A stretch of 64,000 nucleotides of DNA from an uncultured Gemmatimonadales bacterium (GTDB taxonomy: Bacteria; Gemmatimonadota; Gemmatimonadetes; Longimicrobiales; Longimicrobiaceae), in the NCBI GenBank assembly GCA_963716255.1, contig OY970303.1:4640001-4704000 (forward strand), in the 5' to 3' direction. A program made the translations under genes and the position numbers. The notes under the pieces are model-generated. The model was not told where the DNA came from. It ran no database searches and saw only the letters and a list, made by a program, of their open reading frames with translations. This document shows positions 41,311 to 50,408 of this stretch, in pieces (position 1 is the stretch's first letter; the number at the start of each line of letters is the position of its first letter).

Positions 41311-42636
41311 ATGCCGCGCGTGGCCACTGACCGCTCTCCCTCGCTGGTGCGCGTCTTCGGGCAGCCCAAGATGGCGGCCCTGCTGTTCCTGGGGTTCTCG
41401 TCCGGCCTCCCGCTCTTTCTCACCAGCCGCACGCTCCAGGCGTGGATGGCGGTGGAGAAGGTGGACCTCACCACCATCGGGCTGGTGAGCCTGCTGGGGC
41501 TCCCCTACTCGTTCAAGTTCCTGTGGGCGCCGCTGCTGGACCGCTACGTGCCCCCCTTCCTGGGGCGCCGGCGCGGCTGGCTGGTCATCACGCAGGTGGC
41601 GCTGCTGCTGGTGATCGCAGCGATGTCGCTGCAGAACCCGCGCACGGGTCTGCAGCTGCTGGCGGCCAACGCGCTGCTGATCGCCTTCTTCAGCGCGACG
41701 CAGGACATCGCGGTGGACGCGTACCGCGTGGACGTGCTGGAGGAGCGCGAGATGGGCGCGGGCGCGTCGCTGCACGTGCTGGGCTACCGCATCGCGCTGC
41801 TGCTCACGGGCGGGCTGGCGCTGGTGCTGGCGGACCGGATGCCCTGGCCCACGGTGTACCTGCTGATGGCGCTGCTGATGGGGGTGGGGCTCGTGGCGGC
41901 GATCCGCGCGCCGGAGCCGGTGCTGCGCGACGCGCCCCCGCAGACCATCGCCAGCGCGGTCGTGGACCCGCTGCGCGACTTCTTCGGGAGGACCGGGCCC
42001 GCGTGGGGGGTGGTGATCCTGCTGTTCACCATCTTCTACCAGCTCGCGGACCGCTTCGCCGCCAACCTGGCGACGCCCTTTCTGCTGGCGATCGGCTTCT
42101 CGCAGAGCGAGATCGGGGTGGTGCAGGGGGGGATCGGGCTGGGGGCGACCATCGTGGGGGTGCTGGTGGGCGGGGCGATCATCGCCAAGCTGGGCATCAA
42201 CCGCTCGGTGTGGATCTTCGCCTTTCTGCAGATCGGCAGCAACCTGGCCTACTACTGGGTGGCGCGCACCGGGGCGAGCCGGCCGGCGCTGGTGAGCGCC
42301 ATCGTGGTGGAGAACCTGGCGGGCGGGCTGGTGACGGCGGTGTTCGTGGCCTACATGATGAGCCTGTGCAGCAAGCGCTTCTCGGCCACGCAGTACGCGC
42401 TGCTCTCCAGCCTCATGGCGTTCGCGCGCGACTTCATCGTGGCGCCCTCCGGCAGCATCGCGGACCGGACGGGGTGGCCCACGTACTTCCTGCTCACCAT
42501 GCTCGCCGGGATCCCGGCGATCCTCCTCCTCCCCTTCGTCACGCCCTGGAACGCGGAGAACCCGCGCGGCGCCGCGGAGCACACCGGCGAGGTGGAGGAC
42601 GACGCGGGCCGCAGGCGCGCCCCGGCGGCGGGGTAG
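41311..42636 (+). CDS. ampG: Muropeptide MFS permease
   Basis: GFSSGLP, KFLWAP, GRRRGW, SATQDIAVDAYR and SATQYALLSS. Confidence 0.93.
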   Translation: MPRVATDRSPSLVRVFGQPKMAALLFLGFSSGLPLFLTSRTLQAWMAVEKVDLTTIGLVSLLGLPYSFKFLWAPLLDRYVPPFLGRRRGWLVITQVALLLVIAAMSLQNPRTGLQLLAANALLIAFFSATQDIAVDAYRVDVLEEREMGAGASLHVLGYRIALLLTGGLALVLADRMPWPTVYLLMALLMGVGLVAAIRAPEPVLRDAPPQTIASAVVDPLRDFFGRTGPAWGVVILLFTIFYQLADRFAANLATPFLLAIGFSQSEIGVVQGGIGLGATIVGVLVGGAIIAKLGINRSVWIFAFLQIGSNLAYYWVARTGASRPALVSAIVVENLAGGLVTAVFVAYMMSLCSKRFSATQYALLSSLMAFARDFIVAPSGSIADRTGWPTYFLLTMLAGIPAILLLPFVTPWNAENPRGAAEHTGEVEDDAGRRRAPAAG

Positions 42637-42669
42637 GCGCGCCCCTTCCGGACACGACCCACGAGCCGA

Positions 42670-44277
42670 ATGACACGGATCTTTCTCCGCATCGTCCCCG
42701 CGGCGCTGGCGCTGGCCGCCTGCGTTCCCCGCACCGCTCCCGCGCCCGCCCCCGGGTCGGCGGCGGAGCCCGCGCCCGGAGGGCTCCCCGCCGTGCCGGC
42801 GCGGACCGGCGCGCTGGCGCTGGACGTGGTGTACCCCGGCGAGGGACAGGCGCTGGCCGCCTCCGACAGCAACTTCGTCTTCGGGAGCGTGGGCTCGGGC
42901 GATGTCGCGCTGCGCATCAACGGGCTGCCGGTGCGGGTGGCCGCCAACGGGGCGTTCCTGGGCTTCGTCCCGGTGCCGCCGAGCGGCGTGTACGAGCTGG
43001 TGGCCACGCGCGGCGGCGAATCGCGCACGCTGCGGCGCACGGTGCGCGTGCCGGCGGCGCGCCCGGAGCGGACGCCGGTGTCGCCCTTCGAGCAGCAGGA
43101 CGTGTCGCGGGTCCCCGCGCCGGCCGCGCCCACGGCGGCGCCGGACACGGCGCCGCGGGCGGGCGTGGTCCGCACCCGCCGGCCGGACGGCGCCATCGGC
43201 ACCGGGGCGCCGGGGGCGGGGAACCCGTACGAGTGGTTCTTTCCCGATGGCACGCGCGTCGCCGTGGCGGAGACGCGCGGCGGCGCGCGCCGCGTGCGCC
43301 TGACCGCGGACCGCTCGGTGTGGGTGGACACGGCGGAGGTGCAGCTCCTCCCCGCGGGGGCGCCGCTGCCGCGCGGGTCGGTGGGGGCGGTGCGCTTCAC
43401 CCCGGCGCGCGACTGGGTGGAGCTGCGGCTCGCCACCTCGGACCGGCTCCCCTTCCGGGTGGAGGAAACGGAGGACGGCTTCACCGTCAGCGTCTTCGGC
43501 GCCACGGGAAAGACCAACTGGCTGTACTACGGGGCGCACGACCCGCTGGTGGAGCACGCCGGGTGGGAGCAGGCCGCCGACGACGTGTACCGCCTCCACG
43601 TGCGGCTGTCGCAGCGCCCCTGGGGCTTCCTGCAGCGCTGGGACGAGCGCGGCAACCTGGTGGTGCGGCTGCGCAGGCCGCCCGCCATCGACATCGCGCA
43701 GCCGCTGCGGGGGCTGTACCTGGGCGTGGACGCGGGGCACCCGCCCGGCGGCGCCATCGGCCCCACGCGGCTCGCGGAGGCCACCGCCAACCTGGCCATC
43801 GCCAGGCGGCTGGCGGCGCTGCTGCGCGAGCGGGGCGCGCGGGTGCTGGAGACGCGCCGCGACACCGCGGCGGTGGGGCTGGGCGACCGCCCGGCCGAGG
43901 CCACCGACTCCAGCGTGCACCTGCTGGTGTCCGTGCACAACAACGCCTTCCCGGACGGCGTGAACCCGTTCGAGAACAACGGCACCAGCGTCTTCTACAA
44001 CCAGCGGCACTCGCGCGAGCTGGCCGCGCACCTGCAGCGGGAGCTGCTGCGCGAGCTGGGGCTGCGCGACCTGGGCATCGCCCGTGCGGACCTGGCGCTG
44101 GTGCGGCCCACCTGGATGCCGTCGGCGCTCACCGAGACCCTGTTCCTGATGGTGCCCGAGCAGGAAGCGGCGCTGCGCGACCCCGCGGTGCAGGAGCGGA
44201 TCGCCCGGGCCCACCTGCGGGGCATCGAGGCGTTCCTGAGAGAGCGTGCGGCGGGGCAGGGAGATCGCTCGCCGTGA
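42670..44277 (+). CDS. N-acetylmuramoyl-L-alanine amidase (Amidase_3) lipoprotein
   Basis: Lipobox LAAC, DAGH..E, SVHNNA and LTE zinc/catalytic residues. Confidence 0.88.
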   Translation: MTRIFLRIVPAALALAACVPRTAPAPAPGSAAEPAPGGLPAVPARTGALALDVVYPGEGQALAASDSNFVFGSVGSGDVALRINGLPVRVAANGAFLGFVPVPPSGVYELVATRGGESRTLRRTVRVPAARPERTPVSPFEQQDVSRVPAPAAPTAAPDTAPRAGVVRTRRPDGAIGTGAPGAGNPYEWFFPDGTRVAVAETRGGARRVRLTADRSVWVDTAEVQLLPAGAPLPRGSVGAVRFTPARDWVELRLATSDRLPFRVEETEDGFTVSVFGATGKTNWLYYGAHDPLVEHAGWEQAADDVYRLHVRLSQRPWGFLQRWDERGNLVVRLRRPPAIDIAQPLRGLYLGVDAGHPPGGAIGPTRLAEATANLAIARRLAALLRERGARVLETRRDTAAVGLGDRPAEATDSSVHLLVSVHNNAFPDGVNPFENNGTSVFYNQRHSRELAAHLQRELLRELGLRDLGIARADLALVRPTWMPSALTETLFLMVPEQEAALRDPAVQERIARAHLRGIEAFLRERAAGQGDRSP

Positions 44278-44300
44278 GCTGACGTTCGTGATGTGGGGCT

Positions 44301-44453
44301 GGGGCCGCTCCGGAGCCGGACGATACTGCCGTCCGTCTCCTGCGCGGGCTCCGGGAACCCCGCCAAACTGCCGGCGGGTTTCCCTCCGCCGGAGTGAGCC
44401 AGCCAAACGGCCGGCTGTCTCCCTCCGCAACGGATCTGATGGATACAGCGGAA
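44301..44453 (+). repeat. Repeat family A copy 5
   Basis: 24 nt after the amidase stop. Confidence 0.9.
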
Positions 44454-44514
44454 ACGGCGGACGGCCGGACATTGCCGCGCGCCGCCCCGTGCCGCAGTTG
44501 CAGGCTGTTCCCTG

Positions 44515-44545
44515 TGGCGCTTCACGCTGCGCGTGAACCGATGAA
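44515..44545. repeat. Module D inside a heptamer repeat
   Basis: GCAGGCTGTTCCCTG-[TGGCGCTTCACGCTGCGCGTGAACCGATGAA]-CCCTATTCCCTGTTCCCT. Confidence 0.8.
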
Positions 44546-44576
44546 CCCTATTCCCTGTTCCCTGCCGTCCCATCCC

Positions 44577-47567
44577 ATGTCCCTTCTCCTCCGCGTCCTC
44601 GGCCTCCTCGCCGCCCTCGCGCTCGCGGCGGCGCCGCTCCGGGCGCAGCTGCCGCCGGACGCCAGCTGGCGCACGTTCGACACGCCGCACTTCCGCGTGC
44701 ACTACGCCGAGGGGCTGGACTCGCTCGCGCGGCGCGCGGCGGACCGCGCGGAGGCGGCCCATGCGCAGCTCGCCGCCACGCTGGTGCGCCCTCCCGCCGG
44801 CAAGGTCGACCTGGTGGTCAGCGACAACGTGGACTTCGCCAACGGCTACGCCACGCCCTTCCCCACCAACCGGGTGGTGATCTACGCGCATCCGCCGGTG
44901 GACGAGCCGGGCCTGTCGTTCTACGACGACTGGCTGCAGCTGGTCCTCACCCACGAGCTCACCCACACCTTCCACCTGGACTACGCCGGCGGGATCTGGC
45001 GGCCGCTGCGGCGGGTGCTGGGAAGGTCGCCGCTGCTCTTTCCCGCGGCGACCATGCCGTCGTGGGTCACGGAGGGGCTGGCCACGTACGTGGAGTCGCG
45101 GCTGACGTCGGCGGGGCGCGTGCGGGGGACCATGCACGAGATGGCGCTGCGCACCGCCGTGCTGGAGGACGCGTTCTTTTCCATCGACCGGGCGAGCGGG
45201 ACGCCGGCCACCTGGCCCGGCGGGTCCACCAGCTACGTGTACGGCTCGATGTTCGTGAACCACCTGGCGGTGCGCTACGGCCCGGCGCGCGTGGGCGAGT
45301 TCGTGCGGGCCGCGGGCGGGTCGCTGATCCCCTACCGCCTGGACGCGGCGTCGCGGCGGGCGTTCGGGGTGCCCTTCACCCGCGCCTGGCGCGAGTGGGA
45401 GCAGGGGCTGCGCGCGCGCTACCTCCCGCTCGCCGATTCGCTCCGCCGGGCGGGGATCACCGAGCCCGAAATGCTGACGGAGGAGGGGCGCTTCACCAGC
45501 TTTCCCCGTTGGTCGCCGGACGGGCGCTCCATCGCCTACTCGGTCGCCACCGGCCGCGCGGAGCCCGCCACGCGGGTGCTGGTGCCGGGCGGGGAGGACC
45601 GCGTGCGGCTGCCGCGCACCACGCTGGGGCCGGCGTCGTGGATTCCCGGGACCGACTCGCTCCTGCTGGCGCAGCTGGACTACGTGGACCCGTACCGCGT
45701 GTACTCGGACGTGTACGCGGTGGACGAGCGGGGCGACGCCCATGCGCGGACGGAGCGCGCACGCATCCTGGAGCCGCACCCCTCGCCCGACGGGCGGCGC
45801 GCGGTGGCGGTGCGGAGCGCCGCGGGGACCAACGTCCCGGTGGTGGTGGAGCTCGCCACCGGCGCGGTGCGCCCGCTGGCCGCTCCCTCGCTGGACGTGA
45901 ACTGGGGGCTGCCGCGCTGGTCGCCCCGCGGCGACCGCGTCGCGGTGTCGCGCTGGCGGCGCGGCGGCTTCTACGACGTGGTGGTGATGGACACCGCCGG
46001 GGGCGGGGTGCGCGAGCTGACGCGCGACCGGGCCGTGGACGCCGCGCCCGCGTGGTCGCCGGACGGGCGCTACGTGCTCTTTTCCTCCGACCGCACGGGG
46101 ATCGCAAACCTGTATGCGTACGACCTGGAGGACGGCCGCCTCCTCCAGGTCACCAGCGTCCTCACCGGCGCCTTCCAGCCCGACGTGTCGCCGGACGGGC
46201 GCTGGATCGCCTTCGCCCTGTACCGCGCCGACGGGTACCACGTGGCGCGCATCCCCTACGATCCCGCCTCGTGGCGGCCGGCCCCGCCGGTGCGCTCCGG
46301 CGTGGCCCCGGCCCCCGCGGACTCCGCCGCCCCGGTCCGCGCCGCGGCCGGAGCGTCGCGGCGCTACTCGCCGTGGCGCAGTCTGCGCCCCGCGGCGTGG
46401 ACGCCGTACGGCGCCGTGAGCGAGACGCTGGGGGTCGGGCTCGGAGCGGCGGTGGCGGGGAGGGACGTGGTGGGGCGGCACACCTACGCCGCGTCCGCGC
46501 TGGTGTACACCGACCGCGGGCGGGCGGAGGCCGGGCTGGGCTACCGTTACAGCGGGTGGGGCGTGCCGGTGCTGGACGTGGCCGGGAGCCAGCAGTGGTC
46601 GGTGGAGCGCGCCTCCCCCACCGCGGTGCGCGTGGGCGACAGCATCGTCGCCGTTCCCACGGCGCTCCTGGAGCGCGAGCGGCACCTGGGCGCCACGCTC
46701 ACCTTCCCGCGGCAGCGCTACCGCTCGTACACGTGGCTCAGCGTGGGCGCCGAGTGGGAGAAGCGCGACCTGGCCTGGGACGACCCGGAGGCGGCGGGCG
46801 ACCTGCGCGACCGGCTGGCGGGCGAGGCGCCCGACCTGGGTGCGCTGCTCACCGTGGGGCGCTCCACGGTCCGCGGCTACGACTTCTCCATCTCGCCGGA
46901 GGACGGCTACGCCGTCTCGGGGACGCTGGAAGGGCACCGCCTCACCCGCGGGGCTGCGGAAGGGGAGGACGCCGCGGGGTACGTGCGCGCCGTGGGGCGG
47001 GCGCGGGCGTTCCGGGGGATCCCGCTGTGGGGGTTCGCGCGCCACGCGCTGGCGCTGCGCGCCACGGGCGGCGTGGAAAGCGGCTCGCGCAGCCCCGGGT
47101 TCAACGCGGGCGGGGCCAGCGGCACGGCCGCGCCGGTGTCGGCCGGGGTGGACTTCCAGCTGGGGAGCTCCCTGACCTTCCCGGTCCGCGGCTACCCCGA
47201 AGCCGTCCAGTACGGCGACCGGGCCTTTTCCGCGACCGCCGAGTACCGCTTCCCGCTGGCGCTGGTGGAGCGTGGGGCCGGGCTGGCGCCGCTCTTCCTG
47301 GACCGCCTCTGGGGCGACGTGTTCGCGGACGCGGGCGGCGCCTGGTGCCCGGGCGCCTGCCAGCGCGGCTTCCGTGGCGCGCCCTCCACCCTGGAGCCGC
47401 TGTACTCCGTGGGCGCGGAGCTGGGGGTGGACCTTTCCGTGGGATACTTCGCGGGGCTCACCCTGCGCGGCGGCGTCGCCCTGCCGCTCAGCGAAGTCCC
47501 CGTCACGGGCGGCGGATCCCGCCGCCCCGACCTCCAGGGGTACCTGCGCATCGGCCGCTCGTTCTGA
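44577..47567 (+). CDS. Outer-membrane protein: gluzincin peptidase, TolB/PD40 propeller and Omp85-like barrel
   Basis: Signal peptide, THELTH..EGLA, repeated WSPDG, VRGY motif and C-terminal Phe. Confidence 0.8.
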   Translation: MSLLLRVLGLLAALALAAAPLRAQLPPDASWRTFDTPHFRVHYAEGLDSLARRAADRAEAAHAQLAATLVRPPAGKVDLVVSDNVDFANGYATPFPTNRVVIYAHPPVDEPGLSFYDDWLQLVLTHELTHTFHLDYAGGIWRPLRRVLGRSPLLFPAATMPSWVTEGLATYVESRLTSAGRVRGTMHEMALRTAVLEDAFFSIDRASGTPATWPGGSTSYVYGSMFVNHLAVRYGPARVGEFVRAAGGSLIPYRLDAASRRAFGVPFTRAWREWEQGLRARYLPLADSLRRAGITEPEMLTEEGRFTSFPRWSPDGRSIAYSVATGRAEPATRVLVPGGEDRVRLPRTTLGPASWIPGTDSLLLAQLDYVDPYRVYSDVYAVDERGDAHARTERARILEPHPSPDGRRAVAVRSAAGTNVPVVVELATGAVRPLAAPSLDVNWGLPRWSPRGDRVAVSRWRRGGFYDVVVMDTAGGGVRELTRDRAVDAAPAWSPDGRYVLFSSDRTGIANLYAYDLEDGRLLQVTSVLTGAFQPDVSPDGRWIAFALYRADGYHVARIPYDPASWRPAPPVRSGVAPAPADSAAPVRAAAGASRRYSPWRSLRPAAWTPYGAVSETLGVGLGAAVAGRDVVGRHTYAASALVYTDRGRAEAGLGYRYSGWGVPVLDVAGSQQWSVERASPTAVRVGDSIVAVPTALLERERHLGATLTFPRQRYRSYTWLSVGAEWEKRDLAWDDPEAAGDLRDRLAGEAPDLGALLTVGRSTVRGYDFSISPEDGYAVSGTLEGHRLTRGAAEGEDAAGYVRAVGRARAFRGIPLWGFARHALALRATGGVESGSRSPGFNAGGASGTAAPVSAGVDFQLGSSLTFPVRGYPEAVQYGDRAFSATAEYRFPLALVERGAGLAPLFLDRLWGDVFADAGGAWCPGACQRGFRGAPSTLEPLYSVGAELGVDLSVGYFAGLTLRGGVALPLSEVPVTGGGSRRPDLQGYLRIGRSF

Positions 47568-47679
47568 CGGCCGGGCGGCTCCGGGCGGCGCCGTGGTGAC
47601 GCGGCGCCGCCCGCCTTCGTCTGTGGGGCGAACGCGTCGATGAACGTGAGACGTCCACCGCTGAATCCGAGCCATCCCG

Positions 47680-49311
47680 ATGCTGCGCGCCATCCTTTCG
47701 AGACATGCCGTCCGCCTGGGGCTGACGCTCGCCCTGGGGGCCCTGCCGGCCGCGCTCGCCGGGTGCGACGACCCCGCGCGCTCCGAGCCCGTCGCCGCGG
47801 TGGACGTCACCGCCCCCGACGCGCGCCTCGCCGTGGGACAGACGCTCCAGCTCGCCGTCGCGGTGCGCGACGCCGGGGGGGCCGAGATCGCCGGCCGCAC
47901 GGTCACCTGGACGAGCAGCAACGACGCGGTCGCCACGGTGGCGAACGGGCAGGTGACCGGCCGGGCGCCCGGGACCGTGACGATCACCGCGTCCGCGGGC
48001 GGCAGGCAGGACCAGGTGGAGCTGGCCGTGGACCCCGCGGCCGCGCGCGTCACGCTGGAGCCCGACACCTTCCGCCTGGTGGTGGGGAACACCGTCGCCA
48101 TCCAGCCGCCCACCGGCGACGCCCTGGCCAATGCCCGCGCCCGCGTGCTGGCGGTCCCCCGCGACGCGTCCGGCGGTGTGATGCTGGGCGTGCCGGTGCG
48201 CTTCACCACCTCCAGCGCGGCGGTGGCGACGGTGAGCGACTCCGGCGTGGTGCGGGGCGTCGCGCCCGGCACCGCCACCATCACCGCGCGCGCGGGCGGC
48301 GCCGAGGGCCGGCTCACCCTCGTCGTGGAGCGCCCCTACACGCTCACCTACCTGGGGACGCTGGGCGGGCTCCCGGAGAGCCGCGCCATGGGGATCAACG
48401 AAGCGGGCCAGGTGGTGGGCTACGCCGCCGTCTCGACCATCCCGGGCGAAGCTCCCCTCGGCTCGCGCGGATGGACCTGGCAGAACGGCGTCCTGACGGA
48501 GGTGACCGTCACCGACCGGACGGTGTCGGCGGTGGCTCCCATGGCGATCAACGACCGCGGGCAGGTGGGGGGCCTGGTGTACGCCTCCGGGGGGACGTTC
48601 GCCGCGCTCTGGGACGCCGGGCGGGCCACGCTCGCATCGGTCATCAGCGGCTCGTTCGTCGGCGGCATGAACGAGCGCGGAGAGATCGTCGGCGGGTGGC
48701 GGTCGCGGCTCTGCACCCGCAACTGCTCGGGCGGCGGCTGGATCTTCCGCGCCGGTGCGGTCAGGGAGATCAGCAACCAGGGCCAGCTGCGCATCTTCCC
48801 CGAGGCGATCGACGACGCCGGGCGGATCGCCGGCACCCTCTTCTCCCTGCAGACGGGCACCGAGTCGGCCCGCGCCTTCGTCATGCAGAACGACAGCGCC
48901 CCGGCGACCTTCCTCCCCACCAACGCCATCGCCAGCCAGGCGCACGACATCGACTCGCAGGGCCGGGTGGTGGGGCAGGACCTCGTCGACGGGTACCGGG
49001 GCTTCCTGTGGACCCCCGGCGGCGCACTGGTGAACTTCGGCAGGCTGGGGGGAGGGTTCATCGCCATCGCCACCGACGTCAACGACCTGGGCGTCGCCGT
49101 GGGCAGGAGCAACTGCACGGGCTGCACGGATTTCCTCCCGGTGCTGTTCCGCGGCGCCGCGCTGACGCGCATCGAGGACCTGTTCGTCGCGGGCGACTGG
49201 GTGTGGGAAGCGTCCACGGACATCAACGACCGCGGGCAGATCGTGGGCTACGGGACGCACCGCACCACAGGGGTGCGCGGCGCGCTGCTTCTCACCCCGC
49301 CCGCCCCGTGA
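47680..49311 (+). CDS. Lipoprotein with two Big_2 Ig-like domains and HAF-type extracellular repeats
   Basis: LAGC lipobox, WTSSNDAVATV, LGTLGG..S.A.GINE.GQVVG repeats. Confidence 0.82.
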   Translation: MLRAILSRHAVRLGLTLALGALPAALAGCDDPARSEPVAAVDVTAPDARLAVGQTLQLAVAVRDAGGAEIAGRTVTWTSSNDAVATVANGQVTGRAPGTVTITASAGGRQDQVELAVDPAAARVTLEPDTFRLVVGNTVAIQPPTGDALANARARVLAVPRDASGGVMLGVPVRFTTSSAAVATVSDSGVVRGVAPGTATITARAGGAEGRLTLVVERPYTLTYLGTLGGLPESRAMGINEAGQVVGYAAVSTIPGEAPLGSRGWTWQNGVLTEVTVTDRTVSAVAPMAINDRGQVGGLVYASGGTFAALWDAGRATLASVISGSFVGGMNERGEIVGGWRSRLCTRNCSGGGWIFRAGAVREISNQGQLRIFPEAIDDAGRIAGTLFSLQTGTESARAFVMQNDSAPATFLPTNAIASQAHDIDSQGRVVGQDLVDGYRGFLWTPGGALVNFGRLGGGFIAIATDVNDLGVAVGRSNCTGCTDFLPVLFRGAALTRIEDLFVAGDWVWEASTDINDRGQIVGYGTHRTTGVRGALLLTPPAP

Positions 49312-49397
49312 GCGCGGCCCGGCACGCTTCCTGAAGTGGGGGAGCGGGGTGAGACGGGCGACCGCCCGCACCCCGCAACCCGAAGCAGGAGCGCACG

Positions 49398-49736
49398 ATG
49401 GGTGGCAAGCGACCCGACCAGCACAACATCGACCCCCGCGAGGGCGGCGCGACCGACTACAAGAACCTCCCGCAGGAGGGGCACGGCGGGAGCAGCATGG
49501 ACGACGCCGCCCGGCTCGACCGGCAGCGCGTGGGCCAGGAGGAGGCCGAGACCCGCGAGGCGGCGCCCGGGACGCAGAAGGGCGGGATCCCGGCCCCCGG
49601 AGCTCACCCGGCGCCCTCGACCCACGCCCGCGCAGGGCAGTCGGCCGGCGAGGGCGGGGAGGCGGCGTACGACGAGGGCCGCGACCGCGAGGCCCTGGGG
49701 AACTCGGAGGTCGCCGGGGACGAGGTAGGCGCATGA
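49398..49736 (+). CDS. Small acidic, probably disordered hypothetical protein
   Basis: AGGAG RBS; ATGA coupling to the next gene. Confidence 0.6.
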   Translation: MGGKRPDQHNIDPREGGATDYKNLPQEGHGGSSMDDAARLDRQRVGQEEAETREAAPGTQKGGIPAPGAHPAPSTHARAGQSAGEGGEAAYDEGRDREALGNSEVAGDEVGA

Positions 49737-50047
49737 GCCAGGGGACTGGGGAAGGGATCTCCGGCCCCGCGACGGACGCCGGAAAGCCCAGCCAGCCGGG
49801 GCCGCGCAGGGAGGTGGGGAACGCCGCCTCCTCGCAGCTCCACCCCCCGCACCTGAGCGAGGGCGACCGCGGCGCGCCGGTGCAGGGGAAGGCGGAGGGG
49901 GCGGACATCCCCACCCTGCCCGCCAACGCCCACGGGCAGGACAAGAGCGAGATGACCCGGCAGCCCGCCACCGACGCGGCGAGCATGTACGAGCACCGCC
50001 CGGGCGAGAACAAGGACACTCCCCCGTCCGAGACCGGCGGCCGCTGA
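49733..50047 (+). CDS. Small hydrophilic hypothetical protein
   Basis: GAGGT RBS, ATGA overlap and a terminator downstream. Confidence 0.55.
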   Translation: MSQGTGEGISGPATDAGKPSQPGPRREVGNAASSQLHPPHLSEGDRGAPVQGKAEGADIPTLPANAHGQDKSEMTRQPATDAASMYEHRPGENKDTPPSETGGR

Positions 50048-50073
50048 CGCGCCGGTGAACGCTTCGGCCTCTT

Positions 50074-50110
50074 CGACGCGGCCCCCGGATCCGGGGGCCG
50101 CGTCGCGTTT
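50074..50110 (+). terminator. Intrinsic terminator-like hairpin
   Basis: CGACGCGGCCCCCGGATCCGGGGGCCGCGTCG followed by CGTTT. Confidence 0.6.
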
Positions 50111-50263
50111 CCACTTCCGCCGTTTTCGTCTCCCGGACCGGCGCCGCTAACCCCCGTCCACTCCCCCCGCTTAGCCCCGTCCACGAGCACTCCGGGAGTT
50201 CCGAAAAGCGACCCGAACCGCCTCTCGAGGGTATACAATTTGCGACCCTCACGAGACGCTTGA

Positions 50264-50310
50264 CCGCTACATGTGGGGGTTGTACCTTGTCACTCCCCAA
50301 GATGTAGTGC
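50264..50310. promoter_or_regulatory. Tandem NrdR boxes
   Basis: CCGCTACATGTGGGGG (50264) and CCCCAAGATGTAGTGC (50295), 31 bp apart, resemble acaCwAtATaTwGtgt and lie upstream of an RNR gene. Confidence 0.75.
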
Positions 50311-50408
50311 CCATGTGGTGCCATCTGCGCATGTCGAGCCCCGAGGCCGGTTTAGCGCCTCTCGTTGATAGTTATCGTCCTTTTACACTCGATCCGCAGG
50401 AGTCCTCG

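Noticed and set aside
16891..44545. Module D as a CRISPR array
   Set aside because: Copies are single and dispersed, with no repeat-spacer periodicity and no cas genes in the window.
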